From a virus (Duplodnaviria; Caudoviricetes), in the IMG/VR virus record IMGVR_UViG_3300030331_005246, positions 1 through 62,224 of that record: a stretch of 62,224 bases of DNA. One strand, written 5' to 3'. Shown here one piece after another: positions 38,875 to 48,701 of the stretch. The position numbers were made by a program, and so were the translations under genes. The first letter of the stretch is position 1. Every line of letters begins with the position of its first letter. Below the pieces are notes generated by a model. It saw only the letters and a list, made by a program, of their open reading frames with translations, ran no database searches and was not told the DNA's origin.

Positions 38875-39426
38875 CTACACTTTGAGATCTTTTGTCCAAT
38901 AAGGTGGACCTTCTTTATCTGTAAGATTCCACTGTTTAACAAAGAAGTCTTTACGGTTTTCCTTCTTAATGAATAAGGGATGATCTTGTAAATTCTCATA
39001 TTCAATTTCTCTCCAGTCACCTGTTGGCATCGTTTGTTTTAAATTTTGCCATAGATTATTCATAAACTTGACTTGCTCTTGTAAAAACTCTTCCCAATTG
39101 TCTTTGTGGTCCTCCTGCAACCATTTAATCCTTTTCATGCTTTCCAAAATATCCGTAGGGTTGCGCTTGACTCCAATAAATCGAATATTTGGAATCTTGT
39201 CATAGATTGGTCTCCAGGCTGTCAGTGCTGCTGGACAATGAATTACGAGGTTCGTTCTGCCAACATCAAGCAGTTTATTAATTAAATTGATTCCTCGTCC
39301 TACTGGTAAAAATTCAAATTCATCAATATGATCTGCATCTAAATAATCAGCAAGTATTTTAGAGGTGATTAAGGTTCCACTACGCTGACAACCTACTACT
39401 AAAGTCGGTCTAATCGATTGGCTCAT
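38875..39426 (-). CDS. sulfotransferase-family protein
   Basis: LVVGCQRSGT (5'-PSB loop), VKRNPTDILESM (3'-PB), IEYENL; start placed at MSQSIRP. Confidence 0.7.
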   Translation of the reverse strand: MSQSIRPTLVVGCQRSGTLITSKILADYLDADHIDEFEFLPVGRGINLINKLLDVGRTNLVIHCPAALTAWRPIYDKIPNIRFIGVKRNPTDILESMKRIKWLQEDHKDNWEEFLQEQVKFMNNLWQNLKQTMPTGDWREIEYENLQDHPLFIKKENRKDFFVKQWNLTDKEGPPYWTKDLKV

Positions 39427-39589
39427 ACCCTCCTTCACCATTGAGACGCTGAAGAATAATACCATCACCTTTAATGTCCCAGGTTAAAAGTGTGTTCTCT
39501 TCCCAACCAAGTGTTTCTATAATCTCTTCTGGAATTTGAATAATGAGTTCTCCATCTTGATCTTCTTCAACTTCTACGTAATAACTCAT
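39410..39589 (-). CDS. AbrB/MazE-like small DNA-binding protein (59 aa)
   Basis: Read manually: VEEDQDGELIIQIPEEIIETLGWEENTLLTW. Confidence 0.65.
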   Translation of the reverse strand: MSYYVEVEEDQDGELIIQIPEEIIETLGWEENTLLTWDIKGDGIILQRLNGEGGYEPID

Positions 39590-39810
39590 TTTGTTAAAAG
39601 CTTTTCGACAAGTTTATCAAGCTTAGTGTTTATTTCGCTGAATTCATTGTTCATTCGCTCCATTTCTCGTATATAATCCTGCTTCAAAACGTATTCAAGT
39701 GGCAATCGATCGATGCGATCCTCGAGTGTTCGCATCCTTCCAAAAACTTTCCCACAGAACCATCCTCCTCCTGAAACGACTGCTATAGCTACAGCAATGA
39801 CTTGTTCCAT
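39586..39810 (-). CDS. small membrane protein with coiled coil
   Basis: N-terminal TM helix followed by LPLEYVLKQDY. Confidence 0.65.
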   Translation of the reverse strand: MEQVIAVAIAVVSGGGWFCGKVFGRMRTLEDRIDRLPLEYVLKQDYIREMERMNNEFSEINTKLDKLVEKLLTK

Positions 39811-41346
39811 TTAATAATCCAATTGAAGTTGTCCACGTTTCATCAGTCCAGTAACCAGCCAAACAAGTGCATCCACACAGTCATCATGGGAGCTAACACC
39901 AAAGTTGGTTAGCTCTTCAAACATATTTGTGAAGTTCCTGTACCTGTTAAATATTATTTTACGATCCTCAAACATTCCCATAATTCCACGGAAACGTGCC
40001 AGTTTGTCTGAACGGAATCCTTTGACTGGATGCCAAATTAAATTATAAAGGTTCTCATTCTGCAGGCAGATTCGTTTGAAGTCTGCTTCTAAGGAAGCCT
40101 GGTATTGCACAGCTTCTGACCAGATGTCACAGGTTGAATAGGTTGGGAACCACAGGCCATCAGCTTGTTGGCCAATAATTGACCAGTCATGCAATAGCTC
40201 TTTCATGGCATCGAGCTTTTCGAGGTTGCCCATGACACGCAACCGCCTGTAGTCAATGATGTGGATTTTGTCTCCGATACGACCACCCAGTACCATGACT
40301 GTGTAGTCGTTCTTTTCCTTCACTCCTGCCGATAGATCCACACCAATACCGAGACAATCAAATTCTGTTGAGATCTCAGCTTTGACTAGTAATTCTGGTG
40401 CCAGTGACAGTTCATTCTGCCTGACAATTGTATTCATGTACTGAAACGAAAAAGCAATAGGAGCTTGGCGTTTCTTTTCTTTGAGGTACTCTAAGGACCA
40501 CATCTCAGGCCAATATGACTCTTCATCGCCTGTCTCCGGGTTATTTAAGATCGCTGATAGGACGATTTGAGTCCAATTATTTTGTGGGCAAAACGTTGTG
40601 GCATGGATATCGTCATGACGGAATCGTGTACCCAGGCAGATCGCCCGCCCTCCCTCAAACATTGTGGGAGCAATCACAGCATTCCAATTGTCCATCATCA
40701 TCTTGCGAATGTCTGGGTTGCCAATATCGGCGGCAGATTTCACAGGGTCATCAATGATGACCAGATGAGAACGTTTGGAAGTCACTGAACCTTTTAATCC
40801 AGCGGCGCATAGAGTGAATTGTTCTTCACCAGTTGTATCAATGCCAGCAAACTTATGGTCGATTGACCAGTATTCATTGCTCGTAACGTTCTTGAGCAGC
40901 TTAACTTTGGGAAAAACTCTTTGATATTTCCTTGATGCGATGATTCGTTTGATAGTGGCTGACTTGGATCTGGCGATATCAACGGTATAACTGAGATAAA
41001 GAATTTGTAGTGGCTTCTTTGCCATGGTATGAATACCAATGGCCCATGCTGTATATAAACCCAGCACAGTCGATTTGGCTGAACCACGGGGGCCGAGTAA
41101 ATCAATATTGGGACCGGCAATTTTAGTTAAACAGTTGGTGTCTTCGTTGGTAACTAATTGCCTATGCCAATCAAGATGATGTGGTGCTGGTGGTTTATCT
41201 GCTACGTATGCACAAAAGAAACCAAAGTCTTCTCTGGCTCTCTGAAAGATTTCTTCCTGGTCACTTTTACGAAAGCGATGTTTAGCTGCAGAAGCTTTAG
41301 CGTTACGTCTGTAAGCTAAATGTAAATGAGAAGGAGGTGCTGGCAC
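39811..41346 (-). CDS. terL: terminase large subunit
   Basis: Walker A-like PRGSAKST, Walker B VIIDDP, GTRFRHDD coupling motif, RNase H nuclease GVDLS...HDDCVDA. Confidence 0.93.
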   Translation of the reverse strand: MPAPPSHLHLAYRRNAKASAAKHRFRKSDQEEIFQRAREDFGFFCAYVADKPPAPHHLDWHRQLVTNEDTNCLTKIAGPNIDLLGPRGSAKSTVLGLYTAWAIGIHTMAKKPLQILYLSYTVDIARSKSATIKRIIASRKYQRVFPKVKLLKNVTSNEYWSIDHKFAGIDTTGEEQFTLCAAGLKGSVTSKRSHLVIIDDPVKSAADIGNPDIRKMMMDNWNAVIAPTMFEGGRAICLGTRFRHDDIHATTFCPQNNWTQIVLSAILNNPETGDEESYWPEMWSLEYLKEKKRQAPIAFSFQYMNTIVRQNELSLAPELLVKAEISTEFDCLGIGVDLSAGVKEKNDYTVMVLGGRIGDKIHIIDYRRLRVMGNLEKLDAMKELLHDWSIIGQQADGLWFPTYSTCDIWSEAVQYQASLEADFKRICLQNENLYNLIWHPVKGFRSDKLARFRGIMGMFEDRKIIFNRYRNFTNMFEELTNFGVSSHDDCVDALVWLVTGLMKRGQLQLDY

Positions 41347-41364
41347 TATCTAGCCTTTTACTAT

Positions 41365-41592
41365 TTACATAGTATCAGTTTTTTCATCCATATATTTACC
41401 AGCTAAAGGTTGTTTTGGATATGGATTACCTTGCGTAGGTATTTCAGTAACCGGTCTGAAGTTATTAAATCCAGTGGCAAGCTTACGGTTCTTATCAATT
41501 GCACTCAAGATATTAGGGATAGAATTCTGATCGAATGTACGACCCATGAATTCTCTTTCGTCTGCTTGTACGTTTGATTTCATGACTAGCAA
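41365..41592 (-). CDS. hypothetical protein
   Basis: ORF track. Confidence 0.55.
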   Translation of the reverse strand: MLVMKSNVQADEREFMGRTFDQNSIPNILSAIDKNRKLATGFNNFRPVTEIPTQGNPYPKQPLAGKYMDEKTDTM

Positions 41593-42185
41593 TCTTCAAA
41601 TTGAATTTTAGCCCATACAGCCATTCCTGCGTCTTGAAGTGCTCCTTCATTAGGTTCATCTTTAAAGATAGTGGCTAGCTCACGCAAAGCTCGATCCGCA
41701 CCAGCTAAGAGTAAACCTCTTCTATCCTTGGAGGATACAAACTCATCAACTTGTGCAATCGTGCCACGGAGTTCTTTCTGCATAGAAGCAATCCGTGCTA
41801 CGCCTGCATCACGCTTGACTAATCCTTTTTCTACATCAACACGTAATTTACGTACATCTTCTTGCATCTGTTCGATTTCATAAATCAAAACTTTATGATG
41901 ATCTGGCTTAGGGTAATTAACCTTTAACCAGTCATCGACACAGATGATACTGCTGTCATAACCAAGAAAACGTGCGTACAGATAGACCTGGATGGAAGAG
42001 AACGTATCTTCTGCAAACGCATGAAAAGATTCTCTGGATGAACTGTCCAGGTTATCAATCCAATGATCAAAGACTTTGACGTTGATATCAGAATCGATAC
42101 GCTGCGTCGGCTTGCCTACGGTCTCTGGCTTCGTCTTTTTCACTGAACTGCTGTGCTTGGGCATTAGTGGTACGTTGTTGATCAC
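41586..42185 (-). CDS. hypothetical helical protein (terminase small subunit candidate by position)
   Basis: Coiled-coil protein just upstream of terL; start uncertain. Confidence 0.5.
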   Translation of the reverse strand: MINNVPLMPKHSSSVKKTKPETVGKPTQRIDSDINVKVFDHWIDNLDSSSRESFHAFAEDTFSSIQVYLYARFLGYDSSIICVDDWLKVNYPKPDHHKVLIYEIEQMQEDVRKLRVDVEKGLVKRDAGVARIASMQKELRGTIAQVDEFVSSKDRRGLLLAGADRALRELATIFKDEPNEGALQDAGMAVWAKIQFEDC

Positions 42186-42315
42186 CAGCTTCCCTCATCT
42201 TGCCGATGGAGAAGTCGTAAGCTACCTGAGCAGCCTTTTTATACTTATCTAGATCAAAGTAATCGTCATTTTCATAAGTACTATCAACATCTTCTTTTTC
42301 TTTGAATTCATCCAT
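42088..42315 (-). CDS. hypothetical protein
   Basis: ORF track. Confidence 0.6.
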   Translation of the reverse strand: MDEFKEKEDVDSTYENDDYFDLDKYKKAAQVAYDFSIGKMREAGDQQRTTNAQAQQFSEKDEARDRRQADAAYRF

Positions 42316-42409
42316 AATGCTTATGCTTGCAGACTAAGTATTAAAAGGTTAGCCCTTGCTAGCTGCAAAGGCCTGTTTCGCAGACCATGGTTGAGAAAAC
42401 TTCCGTGTC

Positions 42410-42595
42410 TTAGAAGTTGCTCATCATGGAAGCAAGACCCTGAGCGTAGATGTCGCGGCGTCCTTCAACAGACTTCTGACGTTGCTGACGCTTTTTAGAT
42501 CCTTCCAACCGCGCAAGTAAATCAGCAAAGGTAGTAATATTTACCTGAGCGTCATTCCTGTTAGAAGTGCTATCTCCAGCAGTTTGATTGGCCAT
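42410..42595 (-). CDS. hypothetical protein
   Basis: TATAAT at 42622-42627. Confidence 0.6.
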   Translation of the reverse strand: MANQTAGDSTSNRNDAQVNITTFADLLARLEGSKKRQQRQKSVEGRRDIYAQGLASMMSNF

Positions 42596-42648
42596 TTATA
42601 GGTTAAAGAATAACTACGTTAATTATACTACTTAGAAAACATCTAGAT

Positions 42649-43320
42649 TTACCAGAAACCAGAGAAGAGACTTCCAAATAGACTAGCGTTCTGATTCATT
42701 TTCGCGACATCTTTCTGATATTGACCGGCGATTCTGGTGTTTTCATTTTGGTAAGCACCTTGTACAGCACTGTTTTGTGTATTCCAAGAGCCCATAATTT
42801 GTGCAACAGCTGCTTTGCCTTCGTTATCCAGTGATTGTAATGCCGCCTGACTAGCTGCATTAATTTCAGCAACGTTTGTTTGTGCAGTACTCGACATGTA
42901 CGAGGCGTAATTACTAGCTCGTTCTGCAGCCTCTGAGGCAATCTTTTGTTGTAATGTATCTTGGCTCGATCCAAACATAGAAGCAGCACCTGCAACCTGG
43001 CCTAATGCCAATGCACCTTCCTGTCTGAGTTTTTCTACAGCAAGACTCTGTTGGCCAACTAAGGACTGTAGTTGTAATGCTGTATCTCTATCAAACGACG
43101 CAGGGGTTTGTCCAATGAAGCCGCCTCCTGAGCTGCCACCGCTTCCATAGGACGCACCAACTCCGCCACTATCGATTAAAGATATGTTTTTCTGTTCAAT
43201 TTCATCTTGGGATAACCCAGAAATGTCGTCATAATATTTTTGAATTGCTTCTTCGGACGCTCCGCCAAATAGTGGATCATCACTATCTTTATAAAAGTCG
43301 TAAGTACTTGATGCTGACAT
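42649..43320 (-). CDS. putative internal virion (ejection/pilot-like) protein
   Basis: Ala/Gln/Ser-rich helical composition. Confidence 0.55.
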   Translation of the reverse strand: MSASSTYDFYKDSDDPLFGGASEEAIQKYYDDISGLSQDEIEQKNISLIDSGGVGASYGSGGSSGGGFIGQTPASFDRDTALQLQSLVGQQSLAVEKLRQEGALALGQVAGAASMFGSSQDTLQQKIASEAAERASNYASYMSSTAQTNVAEINAASQAALQSLDNEGKAAVAQIMGSWNTQNSAVQGAYQNENTRIAGQYQKDVAKMNQNASLFGSLFSGFW

Positions 43321-43323
43321 TGT

Positions 43324-43989
43324 TTAACCTAAACTCCCATAAGCGCCCATCTTACTAGTATAATTCCTCAAACCTTGTTGAATGCTGGCCATCAACGCAT
43401 CATTCTGTGCATACTTTTCTTCATTGTCACCAAAGACCATATAACCACCTGTTCTTTTACCTTGTGCATCACGCGCAAGCGGTCCATATTTAGCAGCATA
43501 CTCTTGCTCGATAGCACTCATTCCAGGCGTATACAGGTCTGCTCCGGGTTGTTTTAATGCTTCAGAAGTAAGATATTCATTGAGTTGTCTCCTTGAACCA
43601 GTAGCACCCATTGCCCGTGCTTGTTCAAACAAGCGATTACGCAATTCTTCTGTTGCTAAGCCATCACTACCACCTAGATAGGTATTAGCGACACTATCAA
43701 AGATAGCATTTTGAGCGTCATCCGGTACTTGGTAATTAGCTAACCTTTTATATTTGCCCTTATTAACAAAATCACTGCCAGGTTCAATTCTGGAATCTAA
43801 TAATTCGCGAGCATAAAAGGGATCTAAAGTCCCTGCATTGACTTGATCTAATAAATCGACAGAGTAATCTCTTAGCTCTTGTCCTTGAAAATAATTATTG
43901 CCACCACCAACACCAATGTCTAGGAGGTCATCAAATGCATCTGTTGTTTGATACTGTGGTGTTTTGCTACCAAAAAGACCGAAAATCAT
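43324..43989 (-). CDS. hypothetical protein, putative internal virion
   Basis: Operon context. Confidence 0.6.
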   Translation of the reverse strand: MIFGLFGSKTPQYQTTDAFDDLLDIGVGGGNNYFQGQELRDYSVDLLDQVNAGTLDPFYARELLDSRIEPGSDFVNKGKYKRLANYQVPDDAQNAIFDSVANTYLGGSDGLATEELRNRLFEQARAMGATGSRRQLNEYLTSEALKQPGADLYTPGMSAIEQEYAAKYGPLARDAQGKRTGGYMVFGDNEEKYAQNDALMASIQQGLRNYTSKMGAYGSLG

Positions 43990-44474
43990 TAGAACCCTCC
44001 GTAAAGACCAGCAAGAACAGCAGAACGAGCCGGATCCATCCCTTGGAGTGCAGCTGTTCGTCCAAACTGTCGCCTAGCTGAGTCTTCATAAAGCCCACTA
44101 CGCTGGAGATTAAGACGGGCCATCTCTGCTTTTTTATTTAATTCAAATAAGTTTTGGTTTCTTAAGAAATCAGCTCCGACTCCTGCTACTAAGTTATCTT
44201 GTTGAGCACGTTGTTGAATCCCAAATGCATCTTGAATACCACGGCTACGCTGACCCTGTTGGAGGATTCCACCTACTGCATTGATCCCTGCAATAGGTAA
44301 AGCTGCTTTAAATAAACCTGCAGCGCCTGCACCTGCCAATGCTGGAAAAATCATATCAGAACCTGTCCCTGGTATGTTTGCTTGGCTGCCTAGTTGCATT
44401 CCCTGCTCGAAACCTACATTGGGAAATGAAGAGGGTATGTTGAAACTAGTGTTTATGCCGCCAAATGTACTCAT
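43989..44474 (-). CDS. hypothetical protein, putative internal virion
   Basis: Gly/Ala-rich hydrophobic segment. Confidence 0.6.
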   Translation of the reverse strand: MSTFGGINTSFNIPSSFPNVGFEQGMQLGSQANIPGTGSDMIFPALAGAGAAGLFKAALPIAGINAVGGILQQGQRSRGIQDAFGIQQRAQQDNLVAGVGADFLRNQNLFELNKKAEMARLNLQRSGLYEDSARRQFGRTAALQGMDPARSAVLAGLYGGF

Positions 44475-44502
44475 GATAAACCTATTTCTACTTTACATTT
44501 AC

Positions 44503-45096
44503 TTAGCCTGTTCTAAAGCTATTCGAGAAGTTACCTAAAATGTTTCCTCGATTACCGGCATACAACAATGGTTGTGCAGCTTGTTGAGTTAACAAGATAT
44601 TCTGCATGACATCGTTATAGGCTTGAGAAGGACCAGAAAAAGCTTTTGGTACATCTTTAAGGAGAGAAGCAAGAAGCGTAGACTTCGCTCCAAACTTAAA
44701 CATATTCTCCGCTACTTCAAGTTGATAGTCTTTGATTGCACTTAACTCTCTGCCGGTACGATCCTCATCAAGTTTTGATTGTGCTGTGATGACTTTGATT
44801 CGATCATCCGCAGACATCGGCTTTAAAAAGCTGAGCGGATTATTAAAATCGTTAGGATCGTCTCTTGTCTCCTCTGGTAGAGATGGCTCACCATCCTCCG
44901 TAGTTGGTGCGTTCGTCTCAGTTACTGCAGATTCTGCTCCACCAAAGCCATAGCGATTTCCCGCTGGGGGTGTGTAATAACTTTGAGGAATAGCACCTGG
45001 AAAGCCAGTATAAAATGGCAAGTCTGCGTAAGGTGCAAACTCACGCGGGTACATACTTCTAAAAGGAGTAACTTGTAATTTAGTTGCCATGATCAA
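44503..45096 (-). CDS. hypothetical protein
   Basis: Operon context. Confidence 0.6.
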   Translation of the reverse strand: MIMATKLQVTPFRSMYPREFAPYADLPFYTGFPGAIPQSYYTPPAGNRYGFGGAESAVTETNAPTTEDGEPSLPEETRDDPNDFNNPLSFLKPMSADDRIKVITAQSKLDEDRTGRELSAIKDYQLEVAENMFKFGAKSTLLASLLKDVPKAFSGPSQAYNDVMQNILLTQQAAQPLLYAGNRGNILGNFSNSFRTG

Positions 45097-45908
45097 CCAA
45101 AGCTAATTTGCGGAGCTTTAAGAACGCTGTCAGCATATGGATTACTCGTAATTGCAGTTCGTAGAGTTTCACCCATTTGTGCTTGTGCGCCTTCAGCAAG
45201 TCTGCCTGCTGTAGCGACAACGCCCATGTTCATATAGTTCTGTGCATTCGATGCATTCAGTTGCTGCTGACGAACCAGTGCTTGATTCTGTAGTTGATTT
45301 ATAAGAGGAAGCATTCTCTTTGTTTGTAAATACTCTGCATCCTGATAGTTTTTATTCAAGTCAGTCATTGCTGCAACTTGAGTAGCAAGGTTGGCACTAG
45401 CCATGATGCCGTTTGCTTGTGCAGCCGTTTCTGCATCTTGGAGAATGCGCTTGCGTTGTGCTCCACGACTATCGCCACGTCCTGTTACTGCGCCGACTTT
45501 ATCTTCTGCAAAACCACCAACAGCAGCACTGAGGTTGCCTGCAACATTACCACCAAAGATAGAAGCAGCTGTTGTGGCTGCAAGTCCAACAAGGGGATTT
45601 GCGTTCCTCAAAGCTCTGTTGGCAATAGCACCTGCAGCGACAGCTCCTGTGCCACCACCGATAACTTGGCCAAGTCCTTCGCCAACTTCACCTTCCCCCA
45701 TACGCTGAACACCGCCCAGGCCTTGAAGCAACGCACCAGAAAGCATTGCTCCACGGGGAAACAACGCATTATTTCTTACAGCACCTTCAGCAGCTAACCT
45801 TTGTTCCTGTAAAAACTTTGTTGCATTCTTTAAGTCTTGTGAGTAGTCGCGGTTAAGAACGTTTTGGTTTGCTACTGCTTCAGGACTTAGTGGGTTGTAA
45901 TAAACCAT
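45093..45908 (-). CDS. Gly-zipper putative internal virion protein
   Basis: GGGTGAVAAGAIA... followed by a Gln/Ala coiled coil. Confidence 0.6.
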   Translation of the reverse strand: MVYYNPLSPEAVANQNVLNRDYSQDLKNATKFLQEQRLAAEGAVRNNALFPRGAMLSGALLQGLGGVQRMGEGEVGEGLGQVIGGGTGAVAAGAIANRALRNANPLVGLAATTAASIFGGNVAGNLSAAVGGFAEDKVGAVTGRGDSRGAQRKRILQDAETAAQANGIMASANLATQVAAMTDLNKNYQDAEYLQTKRMLPLINQLQNQALVRQQQLNASNAQNYMNMGVVATAGRLAEGAQAQMGETLRTAITSNPYADSVLKAPQISFG

Positions 45909-45948
45909 ATAAGTTCAACCTAATAATAATATCTAAATTCTATCGCAG

Positions 45949-47100
45949 CTAATATCCTGCAGAATAAAGGCCCTTCGGAAACTCCTCATTAGGAGGAACA
46001 ACTTCATCGTATTTTTTACCATCTTCATCGATCAGTGTTTTACCCTCGTTTGCCATTGCAACTGCCTTGTCTGGTAAGTCACTGACATAGATCGGTTGAC
46101 TTGGATTACGTGTGGCAACGTCATATTCATAGGTGCTTGGTAATTCTGGGTTACCGGCAGTTGCAATCGCACGGTTCAATAATTTACCTACAACAGCACC
46201 AGCTAATGCACTACCAGCTCCAATCGCTGCAACCCTGCTGGCAGGAACTCGCTGCCCTGGACGAACCACTTTTGAACCACGCGAAAGCTTTGTTACTTTG
46301 CCCTGTTGCAAATTAGGTTCTGTGGCAAGCCTCACACCTGCCGTACCACCAATAGCTGCGCCTAATGATTGGAGTCCAATGGGAAATCCAGCCAAACGAA
46401 TTTCGGGTTCTCCTTGGAGGTTTTCTGTAGTGCCTTTAATGATACCGAGACCCAAGGGGCCTTTGTCGTTGTAGAGGAAGTTTTGATAATTCGCATAACG
46501 TTGTTTAGTTAAATCAGGAATATCCTGTTTTGCAGTTTCAAATTTAAGCGGTCTACCTTGACGGCCTAAAGCAAATCGATTTGCTAATTCTGGAAGAACT
46601 TGTGTGGTTTGCCTGCGATCATCACTGCCTGGTTCAGCATATTCCTGTGCAAACCCTTTAGGCCTACCTAACTCACCAATATTAGTTAAATCAAATGTAC
46701 CAAGGGTTGCACCAACTGGGAGACCAATTGCTGCCAAATTAATTGCATTCTTACGCACCGGATCATTGTTGTAAGCTTCTAGTCCAGGCGTTATTCCCTC
46801 ATAGGCACGGGTAATAATCTGCATCGGATGGTTGTAACGCCAGTAAACATTACGTGTGCCATCACTACCCACATCAACAAATAGACGTGTGCCCACAGCA
46901 CCGGCTAATTCTCGCGGCGTTTTTAGATTGACTCCTTTTTTATTCAGCTCATCATAAAATTTACGGCTGTTATTACTGACACCAGGGATGACACTTTGCC
47001 CGTAATCACTGAGTTCCCTCATGACATCACGTGCTTTTCTTGCACCCGCAAGTTCAGGAGTTCCTTCTAAGGCTTTTCTTAAAGTCTGATATCCAAGCAT
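45949..47100 (-). CDS. hypothetical protein, putative virion
   Basis: 383 aa with hydrophobic Gly/Ala segments. Confidence 0.65.
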   Translation of the reverse strand: MLGYQTLRKALEGTPELAGARKARDVMRELSDYGQSVIPGVSNNSRKFYDELNKKGVNLKTPRELAGAVGTRLFVDVGSDGTRNVYWRYNHPMQIITRAYEGITPGLEAYNNDPVRKNAINLAAIGLPVGATLGTFDLTNIGELGRPKGFAQEYAEPGSDDRRQTTQVLPELANRFALGRQGRPLKFETAKQDIPDLTKQRYANYQNFLYNDKGPLGLGIIKGTTENLQGEPEIRLAGFPIGLQSLGAAIGGTAGVRLATEPNLQQGKVTKLSRGSKVVRPGQRVPASRVAAIGAGSALAGAVVGKLLNRAIATAGNPELPSTYEYDVATRNPSQPIYVSDLPDKAVAMANEGKTLIDEDGKKYDEVVPPNEEFPKGLYSAGY

Positions 47101-47102
47101 GA

Positions 47103-47753
47103 TTAGAGTCCTAACATTGCAGCAGCATTTTTAGCCATATTCGGATCATTCTGTAATGGCACAGACATGACATCGTTCATCAATTGTTTTGCCTGTGACT
47201 GTCTAGAAGGTAATCCTAAATCTTGGAAATTAGTATAAGGAAGATATGCACCAGCTAATAAATTAGGATCTAAGTTTACCAGTGCACGTTGCACTTGTTG
47301 AGCATCAATTGAAGTCGTTGAATTTGTTGGATTAGGAATCATCCTATCCGTTCCTCCTAAAGCCCTGAACACTGTTGGTGTGACACCAAGAGATGCTGCA
47401 AGGTTGATCGCACCTTCGCCTTTGCGTCTGATGGGATTGCCTTTGTCGTCAAATTTCAACTTGCCTTTGCCCAGGCCCCGGCGTAATCCTTGAGCGCCAC
47501 CAGAAACCACCGCATCAGTAACGGCATAACCTAAGTTCATACCCAGATTATTCAGGCCTTGACCTGAGCCAATGTCCATTGCTGTACCAGCAGCAAAGTT
47601 AATACCACCACTGACAGCAGCTTCTTTAAGTAACTGAGCAAAACCAGCTTTGCCGCCAAACTTTCCTGCTACAGCAGCTGCGCCTTTAGCGCCAAGAATT
47701 TTAGTTCCCAGCTTTCCTAAACCAGCAAGTATTCCTAAAGCAGGGGCAACCAT
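47103..47753 (-). CDS. hypothetical protein, putative virion
   Basis: Amphipathic Gly/Ala/Lys N-terminus. Confidence 0.6.
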   Translation of the reverse strand: MVAPALGILAGLGKLGTKILGAKGAAAVAGKFGGKAGFAQLLKEAAVSGGINFAAGTAMDIGSGQGLNNLGMNLGYAVTDAVVSGGAQGLRRGLGKGKLKFDDKGNPIRRKGEGAINLAASLGVTPTVFRALGGTDRMIPNPTNSTTSIDAQQVQRALVNLDPNLLAGAYLPYTNFQDLGLPSRQSQAKQLMNDVMSVPLQNDPNMAKNAAAMLGL

Positions 47754-47787
47754 ATTATTACACTAATTCACTGTATTTTAAGCGGTC

Positions 47788-48375
47788 TTAACTTCCTCCT
47801 TTTCCTTCTTCCTTTTCCTTCTTGTCTTTCTCTCTTCTTGGATTCATTAACTGAGCCACCGTCTTATTGTCTTCGTATTCGTTCTCAGCTATATTCTCTT
47901 CTCTATTCATAATATGATTCATCGGATCGAGGTTAGTGCTTCTTGGCATTGGATTGCGTATTGCAGTTTCTACGGTTGGACTGTTGAAATACAACTCAGC
48001 CCAGATTTCTTTGTATTCTGGATACATCGTAAATCTTATAGGAGTATTGGGTCTGCCAATCTCAAAGTCATAGAGTTCTTCTCGTTGATTATCAAAACGT
48101 CCTTTACCACCAGTAAAGACTTCATACGATTGTGGATCAGCACCAATAAAGTTCAGCCTTGGATTAAGAGTTTGCTTTCTAGCTAATAAGCGATTGCGAA
48201 TACTACCAGCATCAAAGTGTGCGTTAATTTTAAAAGGCGGATCAACAATCGGTCCAGCAAATGATTCACCAAAATTGCGATTGATTTTATTGGCTGGATT
48301 TGTTGCATAAAAAGCTAGCTGTACCTCATCAACAGCATCAGCTGGGTTAGATAAACGCTTACGGTCTAGAGGCAT
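47788..48375 (-). CDS. hypothetical protein
   Basis: ORF track. Confidence 0.65.
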   Translation of the reverse strand: MPLDRKRLSNPADAVDEVQLAFYATNPANKINRNFGESFAGPIVDPPFKINAHFDAGSIRNRLLARKQTLNPRLNFIGADPQSYEVFTGGKGRFDNQREELYDFEIGRPNTPIRFTMYPEYKEIWAELYFNSPTVETAIRNPMPRSTNLDPMNHIMNREENIAENEYEDNKTVAQLMNPRREKDKKEKEEGKGGS

Positions 48376-48500
48376 TACTTCTTACTCTTCTTTTTAACAG
48401 GAACACAATTAGGAACTTTTTTACCAGTTTTCTTGGAAGTCTTCATACCTTGCTTCTTGTAGCCTTTCCAACAAGGATCACTTTTCTTTTTTGCTGGCAT
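48375..48500 (-). CDS. small basic protein with PCWKGY...VPNCVP motif (41 aa)
   Basis: Read manually: MPAKKKSDPCWKGYKKQGMKTSKKTGKKVPNCVPVKKKSKK. Confidence 0.65.
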   Translation of the reverse strand: MPAKKKSDPCWKGYKKQGMKTSKKTGKKVPNCVPVKKKSKK

Positions 48501-48699
48501 TACTCTTCTTTCGTTTGTTTAATTTTACAAGTGTTTTGCGTAAGTTTGCTTGTTTCTGTGTTTTCTTGTCAAACTTATCGGGATTACGTTCAACGTTCGC
48601 TTGCAATTGTGCAGGTGTAATTCCTTTCTTCTTTGCTTTAGCGGTGAAGGCACCAGGGTTTTTAATTGCCTTCTTGATGAATTTCTTTTTTTCAGTCAT
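48478..48699 (-). CDS. small basic protein
   Basis: FIKKAIKNPGAFTAKAKKKG...QANLRKTL. Confidence 0.7.
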   Translation of the reverse strand: MTEKKKFIKKAIKNPGAFTAKAKKKGITPAQLQANVERNPDKFDKKTQKQANLRKTLVKLNKRKKSNASKKEK

Positions 48700-48701
48700 G
48701 A

